The notes: a model not told the origin generated them from the letters alone. A stretch of DNA of 51,761 nt from Porticoccaceae bacterium (GCA_038145405.1 JAYQPQ010000004.1:1-51761); one strand, 5' to 3'. Counted from the first letter of the stretch, positions 37,619 through 48,740 are shown. Numbers and translations: made by a program.

Positions 37619-37734
37619 GGGCAGCACTTTACACGCGCGACTGCTTGGCGCCAACCAAAGGCAGTGGAAATTCGCCGGCATCCGTTAGCTGCCGGGCTTG
37701 GGGTAAAATGTCGCAAATTTGCCATGCCAGATTC

Positions 37735-40218
37735 ATGTCCCGCAGCCACCTAATTCATCCCGCCTTGCTGATCGCCAGCCTGGTCGTGACATCCACCAGC
37801 CTGGCCCAGGATGGTGCGGTTTCCGCTGCCGAACTCGATTGGGTGCCGCGCTCGGAGCTGCCTGAAGACCTGCTCGCCAGCTGTCCGCGGGGCTGCACCG
37901 GCGGCTACCTGCAGCCCGGCCGCACAGACCCCGCTAATCAGATCGATCCCGCCCTGGCCGAGGTCAACGCCGAGGCCGACAGCTACCAGTTGGACGGCGA
38001 AGGTGGCACAGCCCGACTACAAGGGGAGGTACGCTTCACTCAGGGCTGGCGCCAAGTAGCAGCAGATGAGATCGATATCGATCGCGCTACCCTGTTGTTT
38101 GAAATGCAGGGTCATATCACGCTGCGCGAACCCGACCTGCTGCTGATCGGCGAGTCGGCCCGCATCCAGGCCGACACCAACGAGTTGGTGCTCGAACAGG
38201 CTTCCTACCTAATGCACGACCTGCGCATCCAGGGCAGCGCGGACCAGGTGCGACGCCTGCCGGATGGTCGCATCTTTATCGACAACGCCATCTATAGCAC
38301 CTGCGAACCCGTGGATCAGGACTGGTACTTTGTCGCGGGGCAAATCGAGATCGATCCGGAGGCGGCGCGCATCCTCGCCAGTGACATGCGCATCAAGGCC
38401 GGACCGGTCACCATCTTCTATTCGCCGCGCTTCAGTTTTCCGCTCGGCGATCAGCGCAAGACCGGCCTGCTTTATCCCATTATCGAGAGCAGCGGCGACA
38501 ACGGTATCGACTACGCCCAGCCCATCTACCTGAATCTGGCGCCCAATTACGACCTGAGCCTGACGCCGCGCTTTATCGAGCGCCGCGGCACTATGCTGGA
38601 ATCTCAGTTTCGCTGGCTCCATGGCGCGGGCTCGGGGTCCATCGACGGTGCCTACCTGCCTAACGACCGCGGCGGTCAATCCACCATCACCCGCACCAAA
38701 GATCGCTGGTTCGGCCAGCTGCAGGTCGCACAGTTGGCCTGGGGGGGCGATATCCAACTGGATTACAGCGTCGCTAGCGACAGCCGCTATTTCGCCGACC
38801 TGGGCAATGCCAGCCTAGAGAGCAGCAGCCAGACCTGGCTGGAGCGGCGTTTTGCCTTTGACAAGCAGGGTGCCAATCTGGACCTTCGCCTGACAGCTTT
38901 GTCCTACCAGGATCTCACCGACAAGGAGCTGCGCGGCTTTCGCGAGCTTCCCCGGTTGCAGCTGACGGGCCAATGGCAGGCAGCCCAAAACTGGTATCTA
39001 GAAAGCGACCTGGAATGGGTGGATTTCAGCCCGGTGCACGAAGACACGCAACCGACTTCCCTGCTGCAATCCGATCTGAACGGCCAATGGATCCAGGGTT
39101 CGCGCAGCAGCCTGGATACGCGCCTCGGCTGGCGCTTCCGCAATGCGGGTAGCTTTGTCGATCTCGGCCTGATCGGCGCGCTGCGCCAGTATCAACTCGA
39201 TAATGCCCTGCTCAGCGGTGCCGGTGACCATCCGCAACTCCAGGCGAGCGGACTATTAGTGGATGCCGGGCTGATATTCGAACGCCGCAGCAACAGAGGC
39301 CAGCAAACACTGGAGCTCCGGCTGCAATTCCTCAGCATGCACAGCGACGACCAGGATCAACTGCCGCTGTTTGACACCCTGACCCCGCGCTTCAGCTACC
39401 AGACCCTCTATCGGCCCAATCCATTCCAGGGTGGCGACCGCATCGGCGACGGCGAGCGACTCAGCCTGGGCATCGAGTCGGGCTGGCGATCAGCGGCATC
39501 CGGCCGCGAAACCCTGCGCCTCGGCCTTGCCCAGCAACTCTATTTGAGCGAGCGTAGCGTGCACCTCAGCCCTCGCCTAAGTGCCGGCCTGGTCGACCCC
39601 AGCCTGTTCGCAGCAGATGATCCCCTGCGACTGGCTGCCCAGCGCGGCGCCGAGGAACTGCGCGACCTGATGGCTTCGCGCTCCGGTATTCAGGCATACC
39701 TGCAACTGGCGCCGTCCGACCAATGGTACGGGCGGGCACTGCTGGACTGGTCGGACCAAGGCAACCAGGCAGACTACGGCAGCTTTGAGCTGGGCTATCG
39801 TTCCACGCGTGCCCTGACCAATTTGGCCTACCACTATGAACGACGCAGCCCCGTATTCCGCGACGCCAATCAGGACAATCGCGTGCAGGGGGGCGAGGTG
39901 ATTGAAGGCAATGTGGAACAGCTGGACCTGTCTGCTGTCCTAGAGCTGGACGAAAACTGGACCTTGCTCGGTCGCTGGCAACAGGACCTGACCCACGCCC
40001 GCCCTCTGGAGGTCCTGGCTGGGGCCCGCTATGACGCCTGCTGCTGGAGCGCCAGCCTGGTTTGGCGCCATTGGCTGGAGCGCGATGACAACCTGTTGGT
40101 GCCGGAGCAGGCACTGGAGCACGACAATGGTATATTTGTCAGCTTCGAACTGAAGGGATTGGCAGGCGTCGGTGAGCGCCTAAACAACATGCTTTCCGGG
40201 AGCATCCCGGGCTACTAA
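37735..40218 (+). CDS. lptD: LPS-assembly outer-membrane protein LptD
   Basis: YSTC, RKTGLLYP, YLNLAPNYD, GGDRIGD, YDACCW, FELKGL; upstream of surA; start approximate. Confidence 0.93.
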   Translation: MSRSHLIHPALLIASLVVTSTSLAQDGAVSAAELDWVPRSELPEDLLASCPRGCTGGYLQPGRTDPANQIDPALAEVNAEADSYQLDGEGGTARLQGEVRFTQGWRQVAADEIDIDRATLLFEMQGHITLREPDLLLIGESARIQADTNELVLEQASYLMHDLRIQGSADQVRRLPDGRIFIDNAIYSTCEPVDQDWYFVAGQIEIDPEAARILASDMRIKAGPVTIFYSPRFSFPLGDQRKTGLLYPIIESSGDNGIDYAQPIYLNLAPNYDLSLTPRFIERRGTMLESQFRWLHGAGSGSIDGAYLPNDRGGQSTITRTKDRWFGQLQVAQLAWGGDIQLDYSVASDSRYFADLGNASLESSSQTWLERRFAFDKQGANLDLRLTALSYQDLTDKELRGFRELPRLQLTGQWQAAQNWYLESDLEWVDFSPVHEDTQPTSLLQSDLNGQWIQGSRSSLDTRLGWRFRNAGSFVDLGLIGALRQYQLDNALLSGAGDHPQLQASGLLVDAGLIFERRSNRGQQTLELRLQFLSMHSDDQDQLPLFDTLTPRFSYQTLYRPNPFQGGDRIGDGERLSLGIESGWRSAASGRETLRLGLAQQLYLSERSVHLSPRLSAGLVDPSLFAADDPLRLAAQRGAEELRDLMASRSGIQAYLQLAPSDQWYGRALLDWSDQGNQADYGSFELGYRSTRALTNLAYHYERRSPVFRDANQDNRVQGGEVIEGNVEQLDLSAVLELDENWTLLGRWQQDLTHARPLEVLAGARYDACCWSASLVWRHWLERDDNLLVPEQALEHDNGIFVSFELKGLAGVGERLNNMLSGSIPGY

Positions 40219-40231
40219 CCACATTGGATTC

Positions 40232-41530
40232 ATGATGAGACGCACTCTCGCAGCCGCTCTGGCGGCGACCCTAATGACCAGCTTGGCCCTTCCGGCTCTG
40301 GCCCAGCAACACCTGGACGGCATCGCTGCCATTGTCGACGACGGCGTGGTGCTGGAGTCCCAGATCGAACAGCGACTGGCACAAATCAAGCGCCGCTTCG
40401 CCGGTGCCGCCGGCCAACTGCCGTCGGATGACGTGCTGCGCGAACAGCTGCTCGATCGGCTTATTCTCGAGGAGCTGCAACTGCAGATGGCCAACCGCGG
40501 TGGCATCCGCATCACCGAAGCTGAACTCAGCGATGCCATTCGCCGTATTGCCGCGGCCAACGGCATGAGTGGGGAGGAATTCCTCAACAGCCTGGAAGCC
40601 CAGGGTGAAGATCTGACACAAGCCCTGCGCGATATCCGCGACGAAATGCTGATTCAACAGGTACAGCAGATTCGGGTTGCTCAGCGCATTTTTATCTCCG
40701 ACGCCGAGGTGACTAATTTCCTCAACTCCGAACAGGGGCAGTTCTGGACCGCCCCCGACTACGAACTGCAGCACATCCTTATTTCGCTGCCGGCCACTGC
40801 CTCTCCGACCACCGTGCAGACAGCCCAGCAGGCGGTGAACGAAGTCGAGCAGGCGCTGGCTGCCGGCACCGACTTCAGCACCCTGGCAGTGCAGTATTCG
40901 GAAGGCCCTACTGCCCTCCAAGGTGGCTATCTGGGCTGGCGCAAGACCACCGAGTTCCCGCCCGAAATCGCCGAGCTTTTGATCCAGGCATCGCCAGGAC
41001 AGGTAACTCGCCCAGTGCGCAGTGCAGGCGGCATCCACATCTTTCGCGTCAACGATATGCGCAGTGCTGGCGACCTCAATATGGTGCAGCAAACGCAGGC
41101 ACGCCACATTCTGGTTTCGCCCAACGAGATTCGTACGGAAGAAGAAACGCGCCAGCTGGCCGAGGATATCTACCAACGCGCCCTGCAGGGTGAAACCTTC
41201 GAGGAACTGGCCAAAACCTATAGTGAAGACTCGAGCAATGCCCTGCGCGGCGGCGATTTGGGCTGGGCTTCGCCCGGCAACTTTGTCCCCGAGTTTGAGT
41301 CGGCGATGAATGCCACCGCCGTAGGCGGACTTGCCGCGCCGGTACACACCCAGTTTGGTTGGCACATTATTCAGGTCGAGGGTCGACGCGAAGTGGACAT
41401 GACAGACGAACTTATGCGGCAACAGGCCCGCAACCTGCTCGGCAGCCAGCGCTACGACGAAGAACTGGAGCTCTGGCTGCGCGAAATCAAAAGCGACGCC
41501 TTTATCCAGATACTCGACCAGGATTCATGA
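40232..41530 (+). CDS. surA: Periplasmic chaperone/PPIase SurA
   Basis: [15 protein letters not shown]-domain and two parvulin domains (HIL...GGYLGW; ARHIL...GGDLGW). Confidence 0.95.
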   Translation: MMRRTLAAALAATLMTSLALPALAQQHLDGIAAIVDDGVVLESQIEQRLAQIKRRFAGAAGQLPSDDVLREQLLDRLILEELQLQMANRGGIRITEAELSDAIRRIAAANGMSGEEFLNSLEAQGEDLTQALRDIRDEMLIQQVQQIRVAQRIFISDAEVTNFLNSEQGQFWTAPDYELQHILISLPATASPTTVQTAQQAVNEVEQALAAGTDFSTLAVQYSEGPTALQGGYLGWRKTTEFPPEIAELLIQASPGQVTRPVRSAGGIHIFRVNDMRSAGDLNMVQQTQARHILVSPNEIRTEEETRQLAEDIYQRALQGETFEELAKTYSEDSSNALRGGDLGWASPGNFVPEFESAMNATAVGGLAAPVHTQFGWHIIQVEGRREVDMTDELMRQQARNLLGSQRYDEELELWLREIKSDAFIQILDQDS

Positions 41531-42510
41531 CCCCGGTGCGCCTGGCTGTCACGCCGGGTGAGCCGGCCGGGATCGGCCCCGACCTGCTGATCGCGGCGGC
41601 GACACGGCCCTGGCCCGTTGAGCTGGTAGCCGTCGCCAGCGCTACCTTGCTGCGCGAACGTGCCCGCCAGCTCGGCCAGCGCATCCAGTTGCGCAAGTTC
41701 GATGCCAATGCGGCTGCCACCGCGCACCAGCCGGGCGTGCTGACCATCCTCGATCTGCCACTGGCCAGCGCCGCGACCCCCGGGCAGCTCAATCCGGCGA
41801 ACGGCCCCTATGTACTGAACACCCTCGAAGCCGCTACGCAAGGCTGCCTGTCAGGCCAGTTCGCTGGCCTGGTTACTGGCCCGGTACAAAAGAGTCTGAT
41901 CAATGAAGCCGGCATTCCCTTCCGCGGCCACACCGAATTTCTGGCGGAGCGTGCCGGTGTCGACAAGGTCGTTATGATGCTGGCGAGCGAACGGTTGCGG
42001 GTTGCCCTGGTCACCACCCACTTGCCCTTGCGCCAGGTGGCTGACGCCATCACTCCGGCCGAACTGGACACCACACTGGACATCCTGCAGCGAGATTTGC
42101 AGCAGCGCTTCGGTATTGCTGCGCCCCGCATTCTGGTCTGCGGCCTAAACCCGCATGCCGGCGAGAACGGTTACCTCGGCCGCGAAGAGCTGGATATTAT
42201 CGGTCCGGCGCTGCAGCGCGCGCGCGATCGGGGTATGCAGTTGGAAGGGCCACTGCCGGCTGACTCCCTCTTTACCCCGGCCAATCTGGAGCGCGCCGAC
42301 GCGGTGCTGGCCATGTACCACGATCAGGGTCTGGCGCCCTTTAAAGCCCTCAGTTTTGGCGAGGCCGTCAATGTCACGCTCGGCCTGCCCTTTGTGCGCA
42401 CCTCGGTCGATCACGGCACTGCCCTGAGTCTGGCTGGCACCGGCAGGGCGCAAGTGGGTAGTCTGCATGCGGCCATCGAGCTCGCAACGAGGCTCTGCGG
42501 CCATGCCTAG
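41527..42510 (+). CDS. pdxA: 4-hydroxythreonine-4-phosphate dehydrogenase
   Basis: [42 protein letters not shown]. Confidence 0.96.
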   Translation: MTPVRLAVTPGEPAGIGPDLLIAAATRPWPVELVAVASATLLRERARQLGQRIQLRKFDANAAATAHQPGVLTILDLPLASAATPGQLNPANGPYVLNTLEAATQGCLSGQFAGLVTGPVQKSLINEAGIPFRGHTEFLAERAGVDKVVMMLASERLRVALVTTHLPLRQVADAITPAELDTTLDILQRDLQQRFGIAAPRILVCGLNPHAGENGYLGREELDIIGPALQRARDRGMQLEGPLPADSLFTPANLERADAVLAMYHDQGLAPFKALSFGEAVNVTLGLPFVRTSVDHGTALSLAGTGRAQVGSLHAAIELATRLCGHA

Positions 42511-43312
42511 GGAAGCCCACCTCGGCCATATTCCGCGCAAGCGCTTTGGCCAGAATTTCCTTACCGATCAGAGTGTGATCGATCGCATCCTGGCGACCAT
42601 ACATCCGCGGGCAACCGACGAAATTATCGAAATCGGCCCTGGTCAGGGGGCGCTCACCCGACAGCTTGCCGCCAGTGGTGCTCGCCTCACCCTGGTGGAA
42701 CTGGACAGGGATCTGGTGCAAACCCTGCAGGCAGAGTATGGCCAGCTGCCTCAGGTAAAAGTTGTCAGCGCTGATGCCCTGAAGACGGATTTCTCGCGCC
42801 TGAGTCAGGGCGGCAAGCTGCGCATCGTCGGCAACCTGCCCTACAACATCTCCACGCCCCTGCTGTTTCACCTGACCCATCATCTGGCTCAGATCGCCGA
42901 CATGCATTTCATGCTGCAAAAGGAAGTGGTCGAGCGCATCACGGCAGAACCCGGCTCGTCCGACTGGGGGCGCCTGAGCATCATGTTGCAGCTGCGCTGC
43001 CACACCGAAAATCTGCTCGAGGTGCCAGCCGAAGCCTTCTTCCCGACACCCAAGGTGCAATCCGCCGTGGTGCGACTGACGCCCAAGGCCGAGCAGCCCT
43101 CGACCGAGCAACTGCAGGCACTGGAAACCATTGTGCGCACCGCCTTCAACAACCGACGCAAAACCCTGCGCAACAGTCTTAAGGGGCTGTTTGGCGAAGC
43201 ACAACTGGAAGCTCTCGGAATCGATCCACAGGTGCGCCCCGAAACCCTGCATCTGACTGCCTTCCAACGTCTGGCTGCAGCCAGCCTCCACGCCCCGAGC
43301 ACATCGTCATGA
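42503..43312 (+). CDS. rsmA: 16S rRNA m6,2A dimethyltransferase
   Basis: [34 protein letters not shown]. Confidence 0.96.
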   Translation: MPREAHLGHIPRKRFGQNFLTDQSVIDRILATIHPRATDEIIEIGPGQGALTRQLAASGARLTLVELDRDLVQTLQAEYGQLPQVKVVSADALKTDFSRLSQGGKLRIVGNLPYNISTPLLFHLTHHLAQIADMHFMLQKEVVERITAEPGSSDWGRLSIMLQLRCHTENLLEVPAEAFFPTPKVQSAVVRLTPKAEQPSTEQLQALETIVRTAFNNRRKTLRNSLKGLFGEAQLEALGIDPQVRPETLHLTAFQRLAAASLHAPSTSS

Positions 43313-43683
43313 ATCCTGCGGACATCGAAATCAAGGTGCGCCCGCGCTATGTGCCGGAACAGTCCAGTCCGGCGCAGAAGAAATTTTTCTTTTCCTACAC
43401 CATCAGCATCACCAATCGCGGCCAGCAACCATGCCAGCTGAAAAGTCGCTATTGGCTGATCATCGACAGCAATGACCAGCAGCAGGAAGTGCGCGGCGAG
43501 GGCGTGGTCGGCAAGCAGCCGGTTCTGCATCCCGGCACGGCCTTTACCTACACCAGTGGCGTCACGCTGAAAACTGCCGTGGGCACCATGCAGGGCACCT
43601 ATTACCTGGTGGACGAAACGGGCAACCCCTTCGAGGCGCCCATTCCAGCCTTTCTGCTGGCGCAGCCCGGCAAGATCAACTAG
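43309..43683 (+). CDS. apaG: ApaG protein
   Basis: QLKSRYWLI, VRGEGVVGKQP, YTSG, GTMQG.Y. Confidence 0.95.
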   Translation: MNPADIEIKVRPRYVPEQSSPAQKKFFFSYTISITNRGQQPCQLKSRYWLIIDSNDQQQEVRGEGVVGKQPVLHPGTAFTYTSGVTLKTAVGTMQGTYYLVDETGNPFEAPIPAFLLAQPGKIN

Positions 43684-43692
43684 ACCGCTGTC

Positions 43693-44514
43693 GTGAGAAC
43701 CTTCGCCGTCGGGGATGTTCAGGGCTGTTACGACGCTCTGCGGCGCCTGCTCGACCGTCTCGCCTTCGAGCCGGCCCGGGATCGTCTCTGGGTAGTGGGC
43801 GACCTGGTCAATCGCGGCCCCCATTCCCTGGAGGTGTTGCGTTTTTGCCGGGACCTGGGCGATCGCTTTCTCACCGTGCTGGGCAACCACGATTTGCACC
43901 TACTGGCCATTGCCCGGGGCCATACCCAGCCGCGCCGCAGCGACACCCTGGACGCCGTGCTGGCCAGTCCCGACCGGGAACCCCTGTTGGACTGGCTGCA
44001 GCGCCAACCACTCTTTTATTACGACCAACAGGCAGAGGTGGCGCTGGTGCATGCCGGCGTGCCGCCGCAGTGGTCGCTAAAGGACTGCCTGGAGCGATCG
44101 GCGGAAATCGAGCAGGTATTGCAGTCTGACCAGGCCGATCACTACTTCGCGCATATGTACGGCAACCAACCTGACCGCTGGGACAGCAGCCTGCAGGGCA
44201 CCGACCGCTGGCGCCTGATTACCAACTATTTCACCCGCATGCGCTTTTGCACGCCTGCCGGCCAGCTGGAACTGGCCCACAAGGCGGGGCCGGAAACCGC
44301 GCCGGTCGGATACTTTCCCTGGTACGCCCTGCCACAGCGTCAGCTGGCCACAACCCCGATCTTGTTTGGCCATTGGGCTAGCCTGATGGGCGCTGTGGCC
44401 ACGCCGCACATCCAGGCTTTGGATACCGGCTGTGTCTGGGGAGGACAGCTGACGGCTGTAGAAGTAGGTGCGGAATTTCGCCGCTATGCCGTGGCCGCGG
44501 AGCCCGAGGCATGA
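43693..44514 (+). CDS. apaH: Symmetrical bis(5'-nucleosyl)-tetraphosphatase
   Basis: GDVQGC, GDLVNRGP, LGNHDLHLL, FTRMRF, FGHWA, LDTGCVWG. Confidence 0.96.
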   Translation: MRTFAVGDVQGCYDALRRLLDRLAFEPARDRLWVVGDLVNRGPHSLEVLRFCRDLGDRFLTVLGNHDLHLLAIARGHTQPRRSDTLDAVLASPDREPLLDWLQRQPLFYYDQQAEVALVHAGVPPQWSLKDCLERSAEIEQVLQSDQADHYFAHMYGNQPDRWDSSLQGTDRWRLITNYFTRMRFCTPAGQLELAHKAGPETAPVGYFPWYALPQRQLATTPILFGHWASLMGAVATPHIQALDTGCVWGGQLTAVEVGAEFRRYAVAAEPEA

Positions 44515-44870
44515 CCCGCCGAGTACGCTGCTCGCAATGCGGCATGCTCTATGACATCAGCACTGGCCGCTGCCCCAAGTGCGACACGCCGCCCTACCAG
44601 GAGAATCGCCGCGCCACCCTGACGGTGGATATTGCCCATCACGGCCAGCGAATGCACGACGCCATCGAACAGTTTGAGGAAGCCTTGCAGCAGGCACGAG
44701 ATCAGGGCTATGGCTACCTGCGCCTGATCGTCGGCTCGGGCAAAATCAACAAGGAGCTGGCGCTCGACTTAGAAACCGCGCGCTGGCGCGGACTGATTAA
44801 ATCCTACCAATACGACGATCCCAATCTGGGCGCTTATCTGGTTAAGCTGGCCTACGACCGCAAGACATAG
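44511..44870 (+). CDS. Small Zn-ribbon plus Smr-like domain protein
   Basis: CSQC-x9-CPKC, then VDIAHHGQ...A...L..A...G...LRLIVGSG...NLGAYLV (Smr-like); ATGA overlap with apaH. Confidence 0.7.
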   Translation: MTRRVRCSQCGMLYDISTGRCPKCDTPPYQENRRATLTVDIAHHGQRMHDAIEQFEEALQQARDQGYGYLRLIVGSGKINKELALDLETARWRGLIKSYQYDDPNLGAYLVKLAYDRKT

Positions 44871-44929
44871 CAACGCTCCAGGCTGCGGGCCGCGCAATAC
44901 CCGCACCATCTCCGTACCGATTTTTGCAA

Positions 44930-46192
44930 CTAGGCTTTTTCTGTCAACAGCAGGTCGGGATCGGGCAGTTCGCAGTGCAGTTTTTGGCCCAGCAGTTTTT
45001 CGATGGGCTCCAGACGCAGGGCATCGTCCTCGCAGGCGAGGCTAATGGAGGTGCCGGTCTTGCCGGCGCGGCCGGTTCGGCCAATGCGGTGTACGTAGTC
45101 TTCCGGCTCTTCGGGAAGGTTGTAATTGACGACGTGGCTGATATCGTCGATGTGAATGCCGCGCCCGGCCACATCGGTGGCCACCAGAATTTTGAGCTTG
45201 CCGCTGCGGAAGTTCTCCAAGGTGCGCACGCGCTTCAGCTGCGGCACATCGCCGGACAGCATGCCCACCGAATAGCCGTCGCGCTGCAGTCGCTCATACA
45301 GCATGCGGGTTTCGTCGCGACGGTTGGCAAAGATAATGGCGCTGTCTACCCCATCCGAGCGCATCAGGTTGCGCAGCAGGCGGTACTTCTCGCTGGCGCT
45401 GACCATGTAGATGTGCTGATCCACCGAACTGGCGGCCAGCTTGTCCGGTTCAATTTCCACAAACACCGGCTTGAACAGCCAGCGTTCCACCAGCCGCTGC
45501 ACGTCGTCGGTCAGGGTAGCGGAGAAAAACAGGGTCTGGCGGTAGTCGTTGTGTGGCGTCATGCGCACCAGTCGCCGCACCTGGGGAATAAAGCCCATAT
45601 CCAGCATGCGGTCGGCTTCATCGATCACCAGCACCTCGACCCGATCCAGAAAGACATCCTGGTTGGTACAGAAGTCGATCAAGCGCCCCGGCGTGGCGAC
45701 CACAATATCCACAAACTCGTGTTTCAGGCGCTCGTGCTGCTTGTGGTAATCCATACCGCCGACCAGTGTGTGGATTTTGAGATCGGTGTAGAGCCCCAGC
45801 AGGCGTGCATCCTCGGCGATCTGCATCACAAGCTCGCGGGTCGGCGCCAGGATCAGCGCGCGCGGTTCACCTAGAAAGCGATGCCCTTCGGGCGGGTTGT
45901 GCAGCAGGTCCTCGAAAATCGTGATCAGAAAGGCGGCGGTCTTGCCGGTGCCGGTTTGCGCCTTGCCCACCACGTCGTGTCCAGCCAGGGTATGGGGTAG
46001 CGCACGGGCCTGGATCGGCGAGCAGTAGTGAAAGCCGAGGTCGGCAATGGCGTGTATGATGCGGTCATCCAGACCAAGATCGTGGAATCGCACCTTGCCG
46101 GGTGCTGGTTCAACCGTGAATTCACTAATATCCCAGGCGGGGGAAGAAGTCTGCTGGTCAGCTTGGCCAGGGCGGGAGGACTTTCGAGTCAA
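44930..46192 (-). CDS. rhlB: DEAD-box RNA helicase RhlB
   Basis: [28 protein letters not shown]; an extended -10 (TGnTATAAT, 46231-46223) suggests the TTG start at 46192. Confidence 0.9.
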   Translation of the reverse strand: MTRKSSRPGQADQQTSSPAWDISEFTVEPAPGKVRFHDLGLDDRIIHAIADLGFHYCSPIQARALPHTLAGHDVVGKAQTGTGKTAAFLITIFEDLLHNPPEGHRFLGEPRALILAPTRELVMQIAEDARLLGLYTDLKIHTLVGGMDYHKQHERLKHEFVDIVVATPGRLIDFCTNQDVFLDRVEVLVIDEADRMLDMGFIPQVRRLVRMTPHNDYRQTLFFSATLTDDVQRLVERWLFKPVFVEIEPDKLAASSVDQHIYMVSASEKYRLLRNLMRSDGVDSAIIFANRRDETRMLYERLQRDGYSVGMLSGDVPQLKRVRTLENFRSGKLKILVATDVAGRGIHIDDISHVVNYNLPEEPEDYVHRIGRTGRAGKTGTSISLACEDDALRLEPIEKLLGQKLHCELPDPDLLLTEKA

Positions 46193-46342
46193 AATAGAGG
46201 CTGCATCATGATGTGGGCGCAAATTATAACAGCATGTAGCAACCCGGGCGGCCACAGCCCGCGAGTGAAGACTTGCTATTTCGTTGCGGCGCTATAGAGT
46301 TCGGCCTCCACCACCACGACGCCGGGCTTGACGAGACAGCGC

Positions 46343-47740
46343 ATGACTACCAGCCGGGAATTCCGCAGGGAGGCTCTCGCCCTTTGGCATCTGGCCCTGC
46401 CTGTGGTGCTTAGCCAGATGGCCATCATGGGTATCGGTCTCACCGATGTGCTGTTCGCTGGTCGCGCTGGCACGGACCAGTTGGCCGGCGTCACCCTGGG
46501 CGCCAATACCTGGAACCTCTTCGCTTATTTCTTCTTTGCCATCGGCCTGTCGGCGCAGATTCTGGTCGGGCGGCACTTTGGCGCGCGCGATGAGGCCGCC
46601 ATACGCCAGCAGGTTCAGCAATCCCTTTGGTCGGGTCTTCTGTGTGGATTTGCCTGCATGCTGGTGCTGGGACTTGCTGTGGTGGCTATCGGCCTGGTTC
46701 ACTTCGACCCTGAAGTACGCCGTATCGGGCAACTCTATGTAGCCATTCTGATTCCCGGTGGTTTCGCCATGGCCCTGATCCCCGTGTTGCGCACCAGCAT
46801 CGAAGCCATGAACCAAACGCGGGTCGTCATGGTGGTGAACCTCTCTGCATTTCTACTCAATATTCCGCTGGATTACGCCCTGGTATTCGGCAAGTGGGGC
46901 TTTCCCGCGCTGGGCGGGGTCGGCTGTGCCATCGCCTCAACGCTGGTTATCTGGGCCTCGCTGCTGGCTTTTTACCTGCTGTTGAGCAAGCACCCGGCGA
47001 ACCGCGGCCTTGCCATTTTTCACAACTTCCAGCCGCCGCACTGGGCGCAGATATGCAGTACGCTGCAGCTCGGCCTGCCCATTGGCTACTCGGTGCTGAT
47101 CGAGCTGAGCTTCTTCTGTGGCGCCGGCATTCTGATCACGCTGTTCGGTGCGGTGTCCGCTTCCGCTCACGCCATCGCCATCAGCCTGGCTTCCATGTCC
47201 TTCATGATCTATATGGGCCTGGGCCAGGGCATCACCATCCGCGCCGCGCAAAGCCTGGGTGCCGGACTGCCCATCGCAGCGCGTTTCAGTGTGCGGGTGG
47301 GCTTGACCATGACCTTTGTGCTGGCCAGCCTGATCTCCATGCTGTTGGTCAGCTTGCGTCACTGGCTGCCGGGACTCTATACGCAGGATGTCGCGGTGAT
47401 TAGCCTGGCTTCTCAACTGCTGCTGTGGGCAGCCATCTTCCAGCTGGCCGACGCCACCCAAATTTGCGCTGTATCCGGCATGCGCGCCTACAAGGACACG
47501 GCCACGCCGCCGCGCTACATGCTGGTGGCTTTTTGGCTGGTGGCTTTCCCTCTGGCGCTGTGGCTGGCTTACTTCGCACCCTGGCCTGCCTTGCAAGGCC
47601 CCACCGGCTATTGGGCTGCCATGGTGGCCGGCCTGACCATTGCCGCCTTCCGCCTGCTACGACGCCTGCGCTTTATCAGCGCCGAGGAAATCCGCCAGCA
47701 TGTCGGCCCACCAGCAACCCTGACAAAAACGGCACCTTGA
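46343..47740 (+). CDS. MATE family efflux transporter (NorM-like)
   Basis: LALPVVLSQ, NIPLDYALVFGKWGFPALGGVGC, LGLPIG, FQLADATQ, RAYKDT. Confidence 0.93.
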   Translation: MTTSREFRREALALWHLALPVVLSQMAIMGIGLTDVLFAGRAGTDQLAGVTLGANTWNLFAYFFFAIGLSAQILVGRHFGARDEAAIRQQVQQSLWSGLLCGFACMLVLGLAVVAIGLVHFDPEVRRIGQLYVAILIPGGFAMALIPVLRTSIEAMNQTRVVMVVNLSAFLLNIPLDYALVFGKWGFPALGGVGCAIASTLVIWASLLAFYLLLSKHPANRGLAIFHNFQPPHWAQICSTLQLGLPIGYSVLIELSFFCGAGILITLFGAVSASAHAIAISLASMSFMIYMGLGQGITIRAAQSLGAGLPIAARFSVRVGLTMTFVLASLISMLLVSLRHWLPGLYTQDVAVISLASQLLLWAAIFQLADATQICAVSGMRAYKDTATPPRYMLVAFWLVAFPLALWLAYFAPWPALQGPTGYWAAMVAGLTIAAFRLLRRLRFISAEEIRQHVGPPATLTKTAP

Positions 47741-47753
47741 GGTGCCGTTTTTT
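47725..47753. terminator. Bidirectional intrinsic terminator
   Basis: AAAAACGGCACC-TTGA-GGTGCCGTTTTTT between convergent stop codons. Confidence 0.85.
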
Positions 47754-48588
47754 ATGCTGCTTGATCGAAACCAAAGAGTCGCCGCGGCGTATCCCAGAAA
47801 ATGGCCTGGCACACCTGATCGTCGCCGAACAACCGCTCGGCCATTTTTAGCAGGGGGCCATAATCCTGACGTTCCGGCGGACGCAGGAAGGGCCAGTCGG
47901 AACCCCAGACACACTGCTGCGGGGTAAAGGCCTCCAACAGCGCCTGCACATAGGGCCAGGTGTCCGCATAGGGCGTTAATTCGCGGGAAAACTTGGCATA
48001 GCCGGAAATCTTCACCGATACCCGGCCGCTATCGGCGAGCTTGAGCAGCTCCCAGAAGCCGGGCTGCTGTAGACCGGCCTCCGGCGTCGGCCGGGCACAG
48101 TGATCCACCACCACCTTGACGGGAATCTCGGCTATCCAGGGCAGGAACATCAGAAAATCCTGTTGCTGCACCTGCAGGTCGAGAAACATGTCCTGCTCGG
48201 CCAGCTTTTCCACCAGGGCACGCGCGGGCCGATAAAAATCCAGGCCCTCAAAGGTGGGGTTCACCGCTGCGCCGATAATGCCCTGCGCCTTGAGTTCGGC
48301 CAGGCCATCCAGGCTGATGCCATGGTTGATCTTGGCGATGCCCTTGAAGCGGCTACCTCCCTCGCGAACGGCCTGCAGCAAATAGCGGTTGTCTTCGCCA
48401 TAACCCGAATTCGGCTGCACCAGCAGTGCCTGGCGCACGCCGTAGCACTCCATCACCTGATCAAGCTGCTCCAGCCGGCCCAGTTCGCCGCCGGCCGGCC
48501 GAAAGGGCGTGTCGTCCAGATAAGGGAAGCGCACCGGATCAAAGATGTGCGCATGGCAGTCGATCTTGGGCCGGTCAAACAGATGCAT
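47752..48588 (-). CDS. Amidohydrolase-2 family protein (LigI/lactonase-like)
   Basis: IDCHAHIF, LVQP.SGYG.DN, VVDHC, VKISG, WGSDWPF. Confidence 0.9.
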   Translation of the reverse strand: MHLFDRPKIDCHAHIFDPVRFPYLDDTPFRPAGGELGRLEQLDQVMECYGVRQALLVQPNSGYGEDNRYLLQAVREGGSRFKGIAKINHGISLDGLAELKAQGIIGAAVNPTFEGLDFYRPARALVEKLAEQDMFLDLQVQQQDFLMFLPWIAEIPVKVVVDHCARPTPEAGLQQPGFWELLKLADSGRVSVKISGYAKFSRELTPYADTWPYVQALLEAFTPQQCVWGSDWPFLRPPERQDYGPLLKMAERLFGDDQVCQAIFWDTPRRLFGFDQAA

Positions 48589-48605
48589 TGCTAAGGAGCG
48601 CTGCT

Positions 48606-48740
48606 TCAGGCCGTTTTGCAGGTCTTGAGGAAGAGCACCACCATCAGCACCAGGCGCATACCCCGCTTCGTCAGCACTTCGGCAGTGGCCTTGCCAATGC
48701 CCGAGGTGGCGCCGGTGATGAGTGCAGTCTGGTAGTTCAC
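48606..48740 (-). pseudogene. Truncated SDR N-terminus with a foreign hydrophobic tail
   Basis: GTG start with GGAGA SD; NYQTALITGATSGIGKATAEVL..RGMRLVL is a Rossmann start, but the ORF stops after 44 codons. Confidence 0.75.

Noticed and set aside
35858-44514. amgK-murU and lptD-surA-pdxA-rsmA-apaG-apaH cluster as a novel system
   Set aside because: This is well-known conserved gammaproteobacterial synteny.
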